A DNA stretch of 64,000 nt from a bacterium (GCA_049969715.1 JBMFOH010000009.1:850-64849), one strand, 5' to 3'; positions 32,554 to 42,288 are shown, numbered from the stretch's first letter. Translations and numbers: made by a program. The notes: a model not told the origin generated them from the sequence alone.

Positions 32554-33549
32554 ATGCTTTCAGCTTATCTTGATGAGAACAATCGACTTGTCTTAGGAGA
32601 AAAAGAGTATCCAAAGATAGGTCCAGATGAGATACTTATAAAGGTTATAGCCTGTGGTATCTGTGGAACAGACCTACATGTCTTTAAAGGCATTAATAAA
32701 GGAAAATCCAATGTAATAAGGGGCCATGAGTTTGTAGGAGAGGTAATAGAATTAGGTCCTAATGTTACTAGATTCAAAAAGGGAGATAAGGTGGTGGTAG
32801 ACCCTAACATCCCTTGTATGAATTGTCATCAGTGTAGAAATGGGAGGGTGCACTTATGTCAGAATCTTAATGCTATAGGAGTAGATAGGGACGGTGGTTT
32901 TGCTCAGTACTGTGCAATCCCAGAGAAACAGGGTTATAGGATTTCAGATTCTGTTGACCCGATAGTTGGAGCTTTAGCTGAACCATTGGCTTGTGCACTC
33001 CATGGAATAGATAGGGTAAATATAAGGGAAGGTGAGAGGGTCCTGATAATAGGTGGAGGTGCCCTTGGGCTTATTCTTACTCAATTAGCTATCAATGCTG
33101 GTGCTTCAGAGGTCCTTGTAAGTGAGCCTCGAAAGGGTAAGAGGGAGCTTGCCCTTGGTTTTGGTGCAACAGTAGTTATAGACCCAACCAGCGAAGACAT
33201 CTTAGATATAGCTAGGGGAGTAGATGTAGCAATAGAGGCGGTAGGTTCTTCTAAGACTATTCTTCAAGCGATCAGTACAGTTAATGATGGGGGAAGGGTC
33301 TTATTTTTTGGTGTGGCACCAGAAGATGTAAAAATAGATATTTCGCCTTTTGAAATCTATAGAAGAGAGCTTACACTCCTTGGTTCATTTGTAAATCCCT
33401 TTACTATGGAGAGGGCAGTATCTCTCATCTCAAATAGAAGGATAAACCTTTATCCATTGATAAGCGAGATAGTAACATTGAATGAGATACATAGAGGGGT
33501 AGAGATAGCAGATTCTGGAGAAGCAATAAGGGTATTAGTGAGACCGTAG
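32554..33549 (+). CDS. Zn-dependent medium-chain alcohol dehydrogenase (threonine/sorbitol-DH-like)
   Basis: GICGTDLHVFKG catalytic-zinc motif, structural-zinc cysteines, and GGGALG Rossmann motif. Confidence 0.8.
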   Translation: MLSAYLDENNRLVLGEKEYPKIGPDEILIKVIACGICGTDLHVFKGINKGKSNVIRGHEFVGEVIELGPNVTRFKKGDKVVVDPNIPCMNCHQCRNGRVHLCQNLNAIGVDRDGGFAQYCAIPEKQGYRISDSVDPIVGALAEPLACALHGIDRVNIREGERVLIIGGGALGLILTQLAINAGASEVLVSEPRKGKRELALGFGATVVIDPTSEDILDIARGVDVAIEAVGSSKTILQAISTVNDGGRVLFFGVAPEDVKIDISPFEIYRRELTLLGSFVNPFTMERAVSLISNRRINLYPLISEIVTLNEIHRGVEIADSGEAIRVLVRP

Positions 33550-33610
33550 TAAGATTTACAAAATAAAATAATAGGTGTATACTTATTTATAATTGAATAT
33601 TGGATATTAA

Positions 33611-33733
33611 CCTTCGGGGACAGGTGAGAAGCTTTATAGCTTCAATTCCTTATCGGTGGTAAAGCCCACAAGCCTTAGATGGCAGAACTGGTGAAATTCC
33701 AGTGCCGACGGTAAAGTCCGGATGGAAGAAGGT
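33611..33733 (+). promoter_or_regulatory. FMN riboswitch (RFN element) aptamer
   Basis: Conserved blocks CTTCGGGGACAGGTGA…, …TCGGTGGTAAAGCCCAC…, GGTGAAATTCC…GCCGACGGTAAAGTCCGGATGGAAGAAGG. A TATAAT lies at 33588-33593. Confidence 0.8.
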
Positions 33734-33750
33734 GTTTTTTATTGGATAAT

Positions 33751-33785
33751 AAGCCCCGAAGGAATTCGGGGCTTAAAATTTTATT
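33751..33785 (+). terminator. Riboswitch expression-platform terminator (aagccccgaa-GGAA-ttcggggctt plus a T-rich tail)
   Basis: GC-rich 8-10 bp stem followed by TTAAAATTTTATT. Its 3' arm duplicates the aptamer's 5' P1 strand (ccttcgggg). Confidence 0.55.
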
Positions 33786-33801
33786 AAGGAGGTTTAAGAG
33801 A

Positions 33802-34335
33802 ATGCGGAGAGCAACAAAGATTTATGTTGGAGGATCATTTTTAGCTGCTATTGGATTTGTGTTTATGCTCTTTCAGGTGCCACTTTTACCAGAGGCTAAC
33901 TTTTTACTCTATGATGCGGGAGATGTTGCAGTTCTTTTGGCTGGGGTTATGTACGGTCCCTTTGTAGGATTTTTGTCTGTAGTTGTAAAGAATATATTAT
34001 ATTTTATTGTAAAGGGTGCAGGTGGCCCTATAGGGATACTAATGAATACTATAGCTACAGGAAGTTTCGTTGTGGTTCCATCTTTAATCTTAAAATACAA
34101 AAAGGACCTTCTCATTCCAGCCCTTATATCTGGGATAGCGGCAAAGACATTGATTATGATACCAGCAAATCTTATCTTCACTCCTATCTATACTGGACTT
34201 CCAGTAGAAAAAGTTTGGGAGTTAGTTAAAATAGCAGTTATCCCATTCAATATAGCCCAAGGTGGAATAAACACACTGATATTTCTTCTTGTATACGGGA
34301 TTTTGAAAAAATACATAAAACTTCCAAAGAGCTAA
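33802..34335 (+). CDS. ribU: ECF transporter S component, probable riboflavin transporter
   Basis: About 178-aa multi-TM S component immediately downstream of the FMN riboswitch. AAGGAGG RBS. The start is M21 of the track ORF, because the track start at 33742 would read through the terminator hairpin. Confidence 0.6.
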   Translation: MRRATKIYVGGSFLAAIGFVFMLFQVPLLPEANFLLYDAGDVAVLLAGVMYGPFVGFLSVVVKNILYFIVKGAGGPIGILMNTIATGSFVVVPSLILKYKKDLLIPALISGIAAKTLIMIPANLIFTPIYTGLPVEKVWELVKIAVIPFNIAQGGINTLIFLLVYGILKKYIKLPKS

Positions 34336-34388
34336 TCCATTCCTTCTATCTCTCTTATGAGAGAGGGTCCGGGTGAAGGGACAAAAAT

Positions 34389-34419
34389 GTAGGGGGGGTA
34401 GGATTTCCTACCCCCCCCT
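34389..34419. terminator. Bidirectional intrinsic terminator (tagggggggtagg-attt-cctaccccccccta) between convergent ribU and fliC
   Basis: 13-bp G/C-rich perfect stem with A/T runs on both sides. Confidence 0.6.
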
Positions 34420-34442
34420 AAGAGAAAGGTGGAAAATGCCTC

Positions 34443-35927
34443 TTATCTTAAGAGCTGTAGCACAGTCTGAGGCACGGTGTTTGCTTGGGCTAGCATTGCT
34501 GTACCAGCCTGGAGCATAATCTGGTTCCTCGTGAATTCTGTCATCTCTTGTGCAATATCTGCATCTCTTAGTCTGGACTCTGCGGATGTAAGGTTTTCTT
34601 TTGCTACTCCAAGATTCTGGATTGTGTGATTCAATCTGTTCTCATATGCACCAAGCTTACCACGTTCAGTAACAACCTTTTCGATAGCCTTATCAATAGT
34701 TTGGTTATCTATAATTGACTGAGCACTAGCCTGATTAGTTACATCTATAGCGTTTACTCCTAATGCAGTAGCCCCCATATCATTTATAGAGATCTCCATT
34801 CTATGGTCAGAGCCAGCATTAGGTCCAATCTGAAGTGTAAGTGAGCCCTTTTGGACATCTAGTGTTACTACTGTGGCAGTAGTTGCAGCGGCAGAACTGG
34901 TTAATGTAAATGTTACACCTGCAATACCGCTAGAATCAACCGGAGAACTAGTAGATGTTCCAGCTGCGAAGTATCTACTTGTAGAGGTTACTAACTTACT
35001 GCTTCCACTTGCAGGATCGGTTATACTCACTGTTACATCTACTGCTGTTACTACTTGAGATACTGTGAAATTAGCCATACCCGCTACATTATTGCTCTGG
35101 ACTACACTAATTGCATACTTGCTTCCAACCTCACTAGACGTAAGCTTAATCTGACCACCACTATTATCCCAAGTAGCAGTTACCACCATTCCTGCATTCT
35201 GTAAAGAGGTATTTATTTTCTGGATAGCAGTTTCGATAGTATCTCCGCCGGCGCTAAATACATTCAAAGTTACACTGGCACTCTTTCCATCTGCAGTGGA
35301 AATTACTACGGTCTTAGTATAATCTCCTGATGCACCTAAAGCAGAATATAAACTAGATGTATATCCACTACCACCACTTACTGCAAGTCCTTCTACTGCG
35401 GCTACACCTGCGGTTAATACGCTAATAGTATATGTCCCTGCTCTTAGAATTTCTCCTGCTATTCCTGCGGTTTCTACCCCGCTTCCTCCTATTGCTACCT
35501 TACCCCCTATGTTTCCGTTTAGGAGTTTTTTGGTGTTATACTCTGTTGTTGTGGAGATCCTGTTTATTTCTGCTATGAGCTGGTTTATCTCATCCTGATA
35601 CTTCTGACGATCTGCATCTGTCTTATCACCGTTTGCTGCCCATCCTACTAGATCTCTCATTCTACCAAGGATAGCATTTACTCTATCGAGAGCCCCTTCT
35701 GCTGTCCTTATAAGAGAGATGCCATCATTGGCATTATCTGTAGAAACACCAAGTCCACTTATCTGGGCTCTCAACTTTTCAGAGATAGCTAGTCCAGCTG
35801 CATCATCTGACGCCCTATTTATCCTCAAACCCGAAGATAATCTCTCGAGAGAAACTGCTAATCTATTGTTAGTAACCTGTAGGTTTCTCTCTGCATTCAA
35901 TGCATAGATATTTTGGTTAATACGCAT
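34443..35927 (-). CDS. fliC: Flagellin
   Basis: Conserved N-terminus (MRINQNIYALNAERNL…LSSGLRINRASDDAAG) and C-terminus (…MLAQANTVPQTVLQLLR). The central domain is very rich in Ser/Thr/Ala/Gly. GGAGGG RBS. Confidence 0.9.
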   Translation of the reverse strand: MRINQNIYALNAERNLQVTNNRLAVSLERLSSGLRINRASDDAAGLAISEKLRAQISGLGVSTDNANDGISLIRTAEGALDRVNAILGRMRDLVGWAANGDKTDADRQKYQDEINQLIAEINRISTTTEYNTKKLLNGNIGGKVAIGGSGVETAGIAGEILRAGTYTISVLTAGVAAVEGLAVSGGSGYTSSLYSALGASGDYTKTVVISTADGKSASVTLNVFSAGGDTIETAIQKINTSLQNAGMVVTATWDNSGGQIKLTSSEVGSKYAISVVQSNNVAGMANFTVSQVVTAVDVTVSITDPASGSSKLVTSTSRYFAAGTSTSSPVDSSGIAGVTFTLTSSAAATTATVVTLDVQKGSLTLQIGPNAGSDHRMEISINDMGATALGVNAIDVTNQASAQSIIDNQTIDKAIEKVVTERGKLGAYENRLNHTIQNLGVAKENLTSAESRLRDADIAQEMTEFTRNQIMLQAGTAMLAQANTVPQTVLQLLR

Positions 35928-35975
35928 CTATAATCCCTCCTTGTATATGTAATTTTTAGGCTTCCTTGCCTAATC
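35928..35975 (-). promoter_or_regulatory. Flagellin 5'-leader with two CsrA-type GGA sites
   Basis: Site 1 is a hairpin, uuaggc-AAGGAA-gccuaa (35956-35973), with GGA in the loop. Site 2 is ACAAGGAGGG overlapping the Shine-Dalgarno. This mirrors the B. subtilis hag BS1/BS2 arrangement. Confidence 0.35.
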
Positions 35976-36048
35976 TTCCCCATCTCTACCACCCTTAAAA
36001 TTTTTACTAATAATTTATCTTTTCTCTTTGTATCACCTCCAAAACTTA

Positions 36049-36075
36049 TAATCGGATATAAGTTAGAAAACTTTA
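36049..36075 (-). promoter_or_regulatory. Sigma-28 (FliA/SigD) promoter for the flagellin gene
   Basis: Minus strand reads TAAAGTTT-N11-TCCGATTA against the consensus TAAAGTTT-N11-GCCGATAA. The -35 overlaps the TAA stop of the upstream TPR-GT2 gene. Predicted leader about 110 nt. Confidence 0.55.
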
Positions 36076-37767
36076 ATTTACAATCCCTAATTCTTCTTTG
36101 AAGTATCTTTCTAGATTATCCAATGCCTTTATAAATCCTGGTGCTACTGAAAGAGCCTTCTCAAAATATTGTTTTCCTAATTCCCTTTCTCCTAATCCTA
36201 TATAGGCTATCCCCATATTATTTAGGGCTACCGCATTCTTAGGATTTATATCCAACACTTTTTTCCCATAGGTAATTGCCTCTTTATACATTTCTAACTG
36301 TAAGGCAGTTGCCTGGAGCATAGAGAGGGTGAGCTCTCCTCTTATCCCTAGATGGGATATCTTGGCAGTACTCTTTTCTATATCTACCTCAAATACCTTT
36401 CTAAACATATCATAAGCTTCTTTGAATCTTTCTTTATTGTAGTATGCTACACCTATATGATAGTAGGTATCAGGAAAATTTGGATCAATCATTATCGCCT
36501 TATTAAAATATTCTATAGCCTCTTCAAATTTTTCCTTCTGAACTAGCAGGTTCCCCATATCTATATATGCTGTCTGAAGAAAAAATAGAGAGGTATACTT
36601 TTTATTACTACTTTCTACTATCTCTATAGCCTTTCTATAGTATTCTTCTGCCTTATCTAGGTCATTTTCTCCTATATAGGTCTTTCCCAAGTATACCAGA
36701 ATAGAATGATCTTCTGGGTTCTCTTCTAACGCGACCTCTAAGAGCTTTTTATTCCTTTCTAACTTCTTATTGAGAGTTTCTATATCCGTATAACCTCTAT
36801 GAAACACTGGAACTTCTAATCTTCCTATCTCTCCTCCAATATCATATATGGATTGGTCTACAAATTCATGAATCCTTCTAGAAAACCTTATTCTAGGGTC
36901 ATTCTTAAATATCCTTACCAAATAGTTGATTGTTGTATTCTTTATATTTGCCTGTCGATCATAAACATCACTAAAAATGGGAATAGCAAATCCTAATGCA
37001 TCTGTTTCAGATAGTACCTCTTTGAGCCTTTTTATATCCTCTGCATTCATTTCATCATCTGCATCCATAGAGAGAATCCAGTCACAGGTAGCATGCTTTA
37101 ATGCTTCATTCCTTGCAGAAGCAAAATCATCGTTCCATTCGTAATAATAGACCTTTGCCCCAAAAGACTTAGCTATCTCAACTGTGTTATCTGTAGAACC
37201 TGTATCTACTATAATAATCTCGTCTACCACATCTTTTACAGAATTTAAAGCATTAGGTAGATGTTCCTCTTCATTCTTTACAATCATACAGAGAGTTATA
37301 GTAGGAAGTTCTCTCTTCCTTCTTCCTACTAATTTTAAATTAGAGGAGGTCTTAGATTTTGATACGATAAGCCTTTGTTCGAGGATTTCTAAGTTCTTCT
37401 CTGGCTCTCTGTAGTTTGGATTTATCTTTAGTGCTTTTTTGAACGCCCATCTGGCCTCTGTATATTTCTGTAATTGAAAGTACGCTACTCCAAGATTATT
37501 AAAAGCTTCTGCATAGTCTGGCTTAAGTCTTGTTGCTATAAGGAGTTCCTTTATCGCTTCTTTATAGAATCCACGTCTTAGATAGACTACTGCTAGATTA
37601 TTGTGAGAAATAGAATAATTGTTATCCTTCTCTATAGCGCTTTTGAATGCCTCCTCTGCCTCATTAAGTAGGTCTTTACTTAAATATAACATTCCTCTAT
37701 TATTTATTTCTGTTACACTTTCTTTTTGTTCTGTTGGCCTCTTATTTTTGACCACCTTTATAGGCAT
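36073..37767 (-). CDS. TPR-repeat glycosyltransferase family 2 protein (TPR-GT2-TPR)
   Basis: Central GT2 domain (MIVKNEEEHL…IVDTGSTDNT…DADDE) flanked by TPR repeats. Confidence 0.75.
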   Translation of the reverse strand: MPIKVVKNKRPTEQKESVTEINNRGMLYLSKDLLNEAEEAFKSAIEKDNNYSISHNNLAVVYLRRGFYKEAIKELLIATRLKPDYAEAFNNLGVAYFQLQKYTEARWAFKKALKINPNYREPEKNLEILEQRLIVSKSKTSSNLKLVGRRKRELPTITLCMIVKNEEEHLPNALNSVKDVVDEIIIVDTGSTDNTVEIAKSFGAKVYYYEWNDDFASARNEALKHATCDWILSMDADDEMNAEDIKRLKEVLSETDALGFAIPIFSDVYDRQANIKNTTINYLVRIFKNDPRIRFSRRIHEFVDQSIYDIGGEIGRLEVPVFHRGYTDIETLNKKLERNKKLLEVALEENPEDHSILVYLGKTYIGENDLDKAEEYYRKAIEIVESSNKKYTSLFFLQTAYIDMGNLLVQKEKFEEAIEYFNKAIMIDPNFPDTYYHIGVAYYNKERFKEAYDMFRKVFEVDIEKSTAKISHLGIRGELTLSMLQATALQLEMYKEAITYGKKVLDINPKNAVALNNMGIAYIGLGERELGKQYFEKALSVAPGFIKALDNLERYFKEELGIVN

Positions 37768-37865
37768 TTCTAATCACCTTCCTCTAATAGAGATAAATCG
37801 GAACCACTAGAAAAAACTTTAGGATGAATTTATAATATAGTTTATGTAGGATAATGGAGGAGAAA

Positions 37866-40706
37866 ATGGAGGATAAATTAGCTGATTTTGCTTATATATT
37901 TAATCCCCAAATATCAAGAATAGAAAGTTTAGAAAAGATATTAAAGTTATTCTTCGATACGTTTCTAAATGTACAAGATGTATCACTATTATTAGCTGTT
38001 CCAAGAGAAACTGTAGAGAAATACTTAACAAAAGTTTCTAAGATTATAGATAAATATGACATGTCTCAGATATCTATAAAAGAATATGAAAATAATGTAG
38101 ATTTAAACTCTATAAAAAACAATGTCTCCTATGTAATTGATGAGAGACTAGAGGAAGAAAGTATAAAGCTTAATTTGAAAACCGCTTATCTTCCAAAGAA
38201 AGGAATTGTCTATGTACCATATGATAACTTTAAGAATCTAGACCTATATAACGTAGAGTGGGAAAGATATAGAAGATTTAAGAGGATAGCGGAATTGATA
38301 AAAAAAGATTTCCCGGAGGGAAATAAGTTTACAATACTAGATGCAGGTGGTGATGATGGTCTCTTTGCTGCATTTCTACCAGGGCATAACATCTTTTTAA
38401 TCGACGAAAGAACTACTGGTGGTAAGATAGAGACATTGGACCTTCCAGCAAAATTCTTTGATATAGTAACATGTTTAGATGTTATTGAGCATGTACCAGC
38501 CCGTCTTAGAAGGGAAAGTATAGAAATCTTAGCTCGATTAGCCCGTAAGAGGTTGTACATAACTTTCCCCCATAATAGAGAGGCACAAGAATTCGTTTAT
38601 TCTTATACTAAAAATAGATGGCTAGAAGAACATCTTATAAATGGCATACCAAGTGAAGATGAAATAGAAGGATATTTAAATAGTATAGGATTAATAAAGT
38701 TTAACAAAGAATATTTTTGTTATACTGGAACTTGGATAAGTACGATGTTTAACATACATAATTTACCCTCAAAAATATTTGAAATACTAAACTACGAAAT
38801 TAATAAGATCGAAGAATTTGATCACCATCCACCCTTTTTAAGAGTTGCCTTTTCTATAGATACGTCTCAATTTAATGGTTCTAGAGAAAAACAGAATTCT
38901 CTTATCCAAGAAGATCTAGATTTTACTGGGGAAAGAATGGTACCAGGGAAAGCAGATAGTGCTACAGAGTTACAGCATATCAATAGATATAAATTTGCAA
39001 AGGAATTAGTAAAGGGGATGAGTGTTTTAGACGTAGCTTGTGGAGAAGGGTATGGCTCTAATATGCTTGCAGAAACAGCAAAAGAGGTGATTGGGGTAGA
39101 TATCAGCAAAGAGACTATAGAACAGGCTCGTAGAAAATATGTAAAAAAGAACCTGTGTTTTAAGGTGATGAATGCGGAAGAGTTATCTTTTGAAGATAGC
39201 TATTTTGATATAGTTGTATCGTTTGAGACTATAGAACACTTGGAAAGACCATACAAATTTTTAAAAGAAATAAAAAGGGTATTAAAAGACGGGGGTCTTT
39301 TTATAGTTTCTACCCCAAATAGGGATCTAGCCTCATTAGGAAGCCCTATCCCCTTAAATAAGTTTCATAAGGAGGAATGGACTCTAGAGCAGTTCAAAAA
39401 GTTAATCGATTACTATTTCCCAAATAGTAGACTAATAGGTCAATATGCCTCTTACCCCTGGGAAGTTCATGAAGGTGTTAAGCCTGATGACCTATTCTTT
39501 ATAGCAGTTGCCAAGAAAGAAGGGTCTAATGAGAGAGTCATTAAGACCTCCCTTACCTCTATCATCATCCTTACCCTAAATAATCTTGAATATACTAAAA
39601 AGTGTATAGAGAGTATAAGAAAATATACACCAGAGCCATATGAGTTGATAGTTGTAGATAATGGTTCTAAAGATGGGACAGTTGAATATCTAGAGAATCA
39701 ACCGGATATAAAGCTAGTAAAGAACCCTACTAATGTGGGATTTGCTATGGGGAATAATATGGGGATGAAGTTAGCCAAAGGAGATTATGTAGTTATTTTA
39801 AATAATGATACGATTGTTACTCAGGGTTGGCTTACAAGATTCATAGCTTGTGCAGAGTCAGATCCATCTGTTGGGATAGTTGGTCCTCGTTCAAACTATG
39901 TAGCTGGAGCTCAATTGATAAAAAACGTCTCATATGGAAACGATATAGATGCTATGCAAGAATTTGCTAGAAAATGGAGTCTAGAAAACTCTGGTAAATA
40001 TGATGAAACCGTTAGAGTTATAGGTTTTTGTATGTTAGTAAAAAGAGAGGTTATAGAAAAGATAGGCGGATTTGACCCTTTATATGAGAGTGGGAACTTT
40101 GAGGATGATGATTTCTGTATAAGGGCTATAAGGGCTGGCTTTAAGATAAAGATAGCTCACGATGTATTTATACATCACTATGGGAGTAAGACATTTACTA
40201 GTGAAAAGATAAATTATACAGAATCTATGCTTAAAAACTGGGAGAGATTTAAGAGAAAGTGGGGGATCCCTTCCAGTTGGACTTTAGAAAAGGGAATTCC
40301 AATATTAGATCTTGTAAGAGGTGGATTCGACAAAAACAAGTTTTACGTGCCTATAGATATTACTCCAATAAAAATAGAAGGTATGAGGGCTAAAAACTTT
40401 CTAGCAAGACTCAATCTAGCTACAGTTAAGTGGTTCTTAGATACCTATAAACTTGAAGATGATGTAGCACTAATACTTTACGAAGAGAATTCGGACTCTG
40501 CTTATAACAAACTCCTAGAAGTAATAGAAAAGCTTGGCTATAATTCCGAGAATGTTCCAGATATAATTATATACTCTAATAAACTTTCAAAATTTGAAGA
40601 ACCAAGACTTATAGCCAGTGTGGATGGAATAATAAATACTTCTCAGATTAATGAAGAATGGGTTGAATGGGCAAGAAAACTCGATAAAGAGATAATAGAT
40701 GTGTAA
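37866..40706 (+). CDS. Multidomain protein: two class-I SAM methyltransferase domains plus a GT2 domain and an unknown C-terminal domain
   Basis: MTase 1 (ILDAGGDDG…DIVTCLDVIEHV), MTase 2 (VLDVACGEGYG…FDIVVSFETIEHL), GT2 (ELIVVDNGSKDGT…ILNNDT). Start re-called to the second ATG, after GGAGG. Confidence 0.7.
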   Translation: MEDKLADFAYIFNPQISRIESLEKILKLFFDTFLNVQDVSLLLAVPRETVEKYLTKVSKIIDKYDMSQISIKEYENNVDLNSIKNNVSYVIDERLEEESIKLNLKTAYLPKKGIVYVPYDNFKNLDLYNVEWERYRRFKRIAELIKKDFPEGNKFTILDAGGDDGLFAAFLPGHNIFLIDERTTGGKIETLDLPAKFFDIVTCLDVIEHVPARLRRESIEILARLARKRLYITFPHNREAQEFVYSYTKNRWLEEHLINGIPSEDEIEGYLNSIGLIKFNKEYFCYTGTWISTMFNIHNLPSKIFEILNYEINKIEEFDHHPPFLRVAFSIDTSQFNGSREKQNSLIQEDLDFTGERMVPGKADSATELQHINRYKFAKELVKGMSVLDVACGEGYGSNMLAETAKEVIGVDISKETIEQARRKYVKKNLCFKVMNAEELSFEDSYFDIVVSFETIEHLERPYKFLKEIKRVLKDGGLFIVSTPNRDLASLGSPIPLNKFHKEEWTLEQFKKLIDYYFPNSRLIGQYASYPWEVHEGVKPDDLFFIAVAKKEGSNERVIKTSLTSIIILTLNNLEYTKKCIESIRKYTPEPYELIVVDNGSKDGTVEYLENQPDIKLVKNPTNVGFAMGNNMGMKLAKGDYVVILNNDTIVTQGWLTRFIACAESDPSVGIVGPRSNYVAGAQLIKNVSYGNDIDAMQEFARKWSLENSGKYDETVRVIGFCMLVKREVIEKIGGFDPLYESGNFEDDDFCIRAIRAGFKIKIAHDVFIHHYGSKTFTSEKINYTESMLKNWERFKRKWGIPSSWTLEKGIPILDLVRGGFDKNKFYVPIDITPIKIEGMRAKNFLARLNLATVKWFLDTYKLEDDVALILYEENSDSAYNKLLEVIEKLGYNSENVPDIIIYSNKLSKFEEPRLIASVDGIINTSQINEEWVEWARKLDKEIIDV

Positions 40707-40711
40707 TCTTA

Positions 40712-41707
40712 TTACTTTAGGTACCACTCTATCGTATATCTTAGCGCTTCCCTAAAGTGCCATGTTGGTTTCCATTGAAGTTTTTCTCTTATCTTGTCAC
40801 TATTTAAGGCGTATCTTCTATCATGACCAGGTCTATCTTTTACAAAGGTTATAAGCCTTTTGTAGTCGTCAGATGGTTTATTTGTGACCTCTCCCAAAAG
40901 TTCACAGATTAAGTTGACTAGGTCTATATTTTTCCACTCATTACCTCCTCCTATGTTGTAAATCTCACCTATCTCCCCTCTATGTAAGACTAGATCAATG
41001 CCTCTACAGTTATCTTCAACATATAGCCAGTCTCTAACATTCTGTCCATCCCCATAAACTGGAAGAGGCTTACCTTGAATCGCATTTTTAATAGTTAGCG
41101 GAATCAACTTTTCAGGATATTGTCTAGGTCCAAAGTTATTAGAGGAACGAGTCATAATAACTGGCATACCATAGGTGACATAGTATGACCTGCACAAAAG
41201 GTCTGCACCAGCCTTTGAGGCAGAATAAGGGCTGTTAGGTTTAAGTGTAGACTCTTCTGTAAATTTATCTTTACTCTCCAATGGTAAAGCACCATAGACT
41301 TCATCTGTACTAATCTGGAGAAATCTGCAATATTCTACCATACTATTCTTTGTCCAAAAGTCTTTAGCGACATCTAATAATACTTGAGTCCCATACACAT
41401 TCGTTTTTACAAATATTTCTGGTCCCTCGATACTTCTATCTACATGGGATTCTGCGGCAAAATTCACTACATAGTTGGGTCTAAATGTCTCGAATACATA
41501 TTCAACTAATTCTCTATTAGATATATCGCCTTTTACAAAATAATAATTAGGTTTTGTACTCACCTCTTTGAGATTCCTTAGATTACCAGCATAGGTTAAT
41601 TTGTCAAGATTAACCACTGTATAATCAGGATGTTCTTTAAAGAGATAATGTATATAATTTGAACCAATAAAACCTGCTCCACCTGTAACGAGTATTACTC
41701 TACTCAT
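40712..41707 (-). CDS. rfbB: dTDP-glucose 4,6-dehydratase
   Basis: TGGAGFIGSN Rossmann motif, YSASK catalytic motif, 331 aa. Confidence 0.9.
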   Translation of the reverse strand: MSRVILVTGGAGFIGSNYIHYLFKEHPDYTVVNLDKLTYAGNLRNLKEVSTKPNYYFVKGDISNRELVEYVFETFRPNYVVNFAAESHVDRSIEGPEIFVKTNVYGTQVLLDVAKDFWTKNSMVEYCRFLQISTDEVYGALPLESKDKFTEESTLKPNSPYSASKAGADLLCRSYYVTYGMPVIMTRSSNNFGPRQYPEKLIPLTIKNAIQGKPLPVYGDGQNVRDWLYVEDNCRGIDLVLHRGEIGEIYNIGGGNEWKNIDLVNLICELLGEVTNKPSDDYKRLITFVKDRPGHDRRYALNSDKIREKLQWKPTWHFREALRYTIEWYLK

Positions 41708-42288
41708 AATCCCCTCTCATAATTTTCTTTAAATAAAGTATCCTTTATCTCTTTAAAAGGCGGCAACTTACTATCTTTCTCTGAAACAATAATATTTTCT
41801 ACTTTATCGAGGTGCCAGGTAATATTGAGCTCTGGGTCATTCCATATAATTCCAAAGTCATCTTCTGGATGATAAAATTCAGTACATTTATAAAAGAAGT
41901 GAGTATTCTCTTCTAGAGAAATGAACCCATGGGCAAATCCTGGAGGGATATAAAACTGTACGCCATCCCCTTCTATAAGTTCAATTCCGAACCACTTACC
42001 AAAGGTAGGTGAATCTACTCTCAAGTCAACAGCAACATCGAAAACCTTTCCAGAGATTACCCTTACTAATTTCCCTTGAGGATACTTTAATTGAAAGTGT
42101 AACCCACGTATCACTCCTTTTTTAGAGAAAGAATGATTATCCTGGACAAAATTCAAGTCAAATCCTATCTCTTTCAATTCTCTTTGGTTATAACTTTCTA
42201 TAAAAAAACCTCTAGTATCTTTAAATACTTTGGTTTCTATTAATAGAAGTCCTTTAATTGGAGTTTCAATAATTCTAAACTTACCCAT
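41704..42288 (-). CDS. rfbC: dTDP-4-dehydrorhamnose 3,5-epimerase
   Basis: Cupin fold RmlC family (…RGLHFQ…), 194 aa. Confidence 0.9.
   Translation of the reverse strand: MGKFRIIETPIKGLLLIETKVFKDTRGFFIESYNQRELKEIGFDLNFVQDNHSFSKKGVIRGLHFQLKYPQGKLVRVISGKVFDVAVDLRVDSPTFGKWFGIELIEGDGVQFYIPPGFAHGFISLEENTHFFYKCTEFYHPEDDFGIIWNDPELNITWHLDKVENIIVSEKDSKLPPFKEIKDTLFKENYERGL

Noticed and set aside
33742-33801. ribU start at 33742 (track ORF)
   Set aside because: That start would read through the riboswitch terminator hairpin. AAGGAGG-N9-ATG at 33802 gives a canonical ECF S component.
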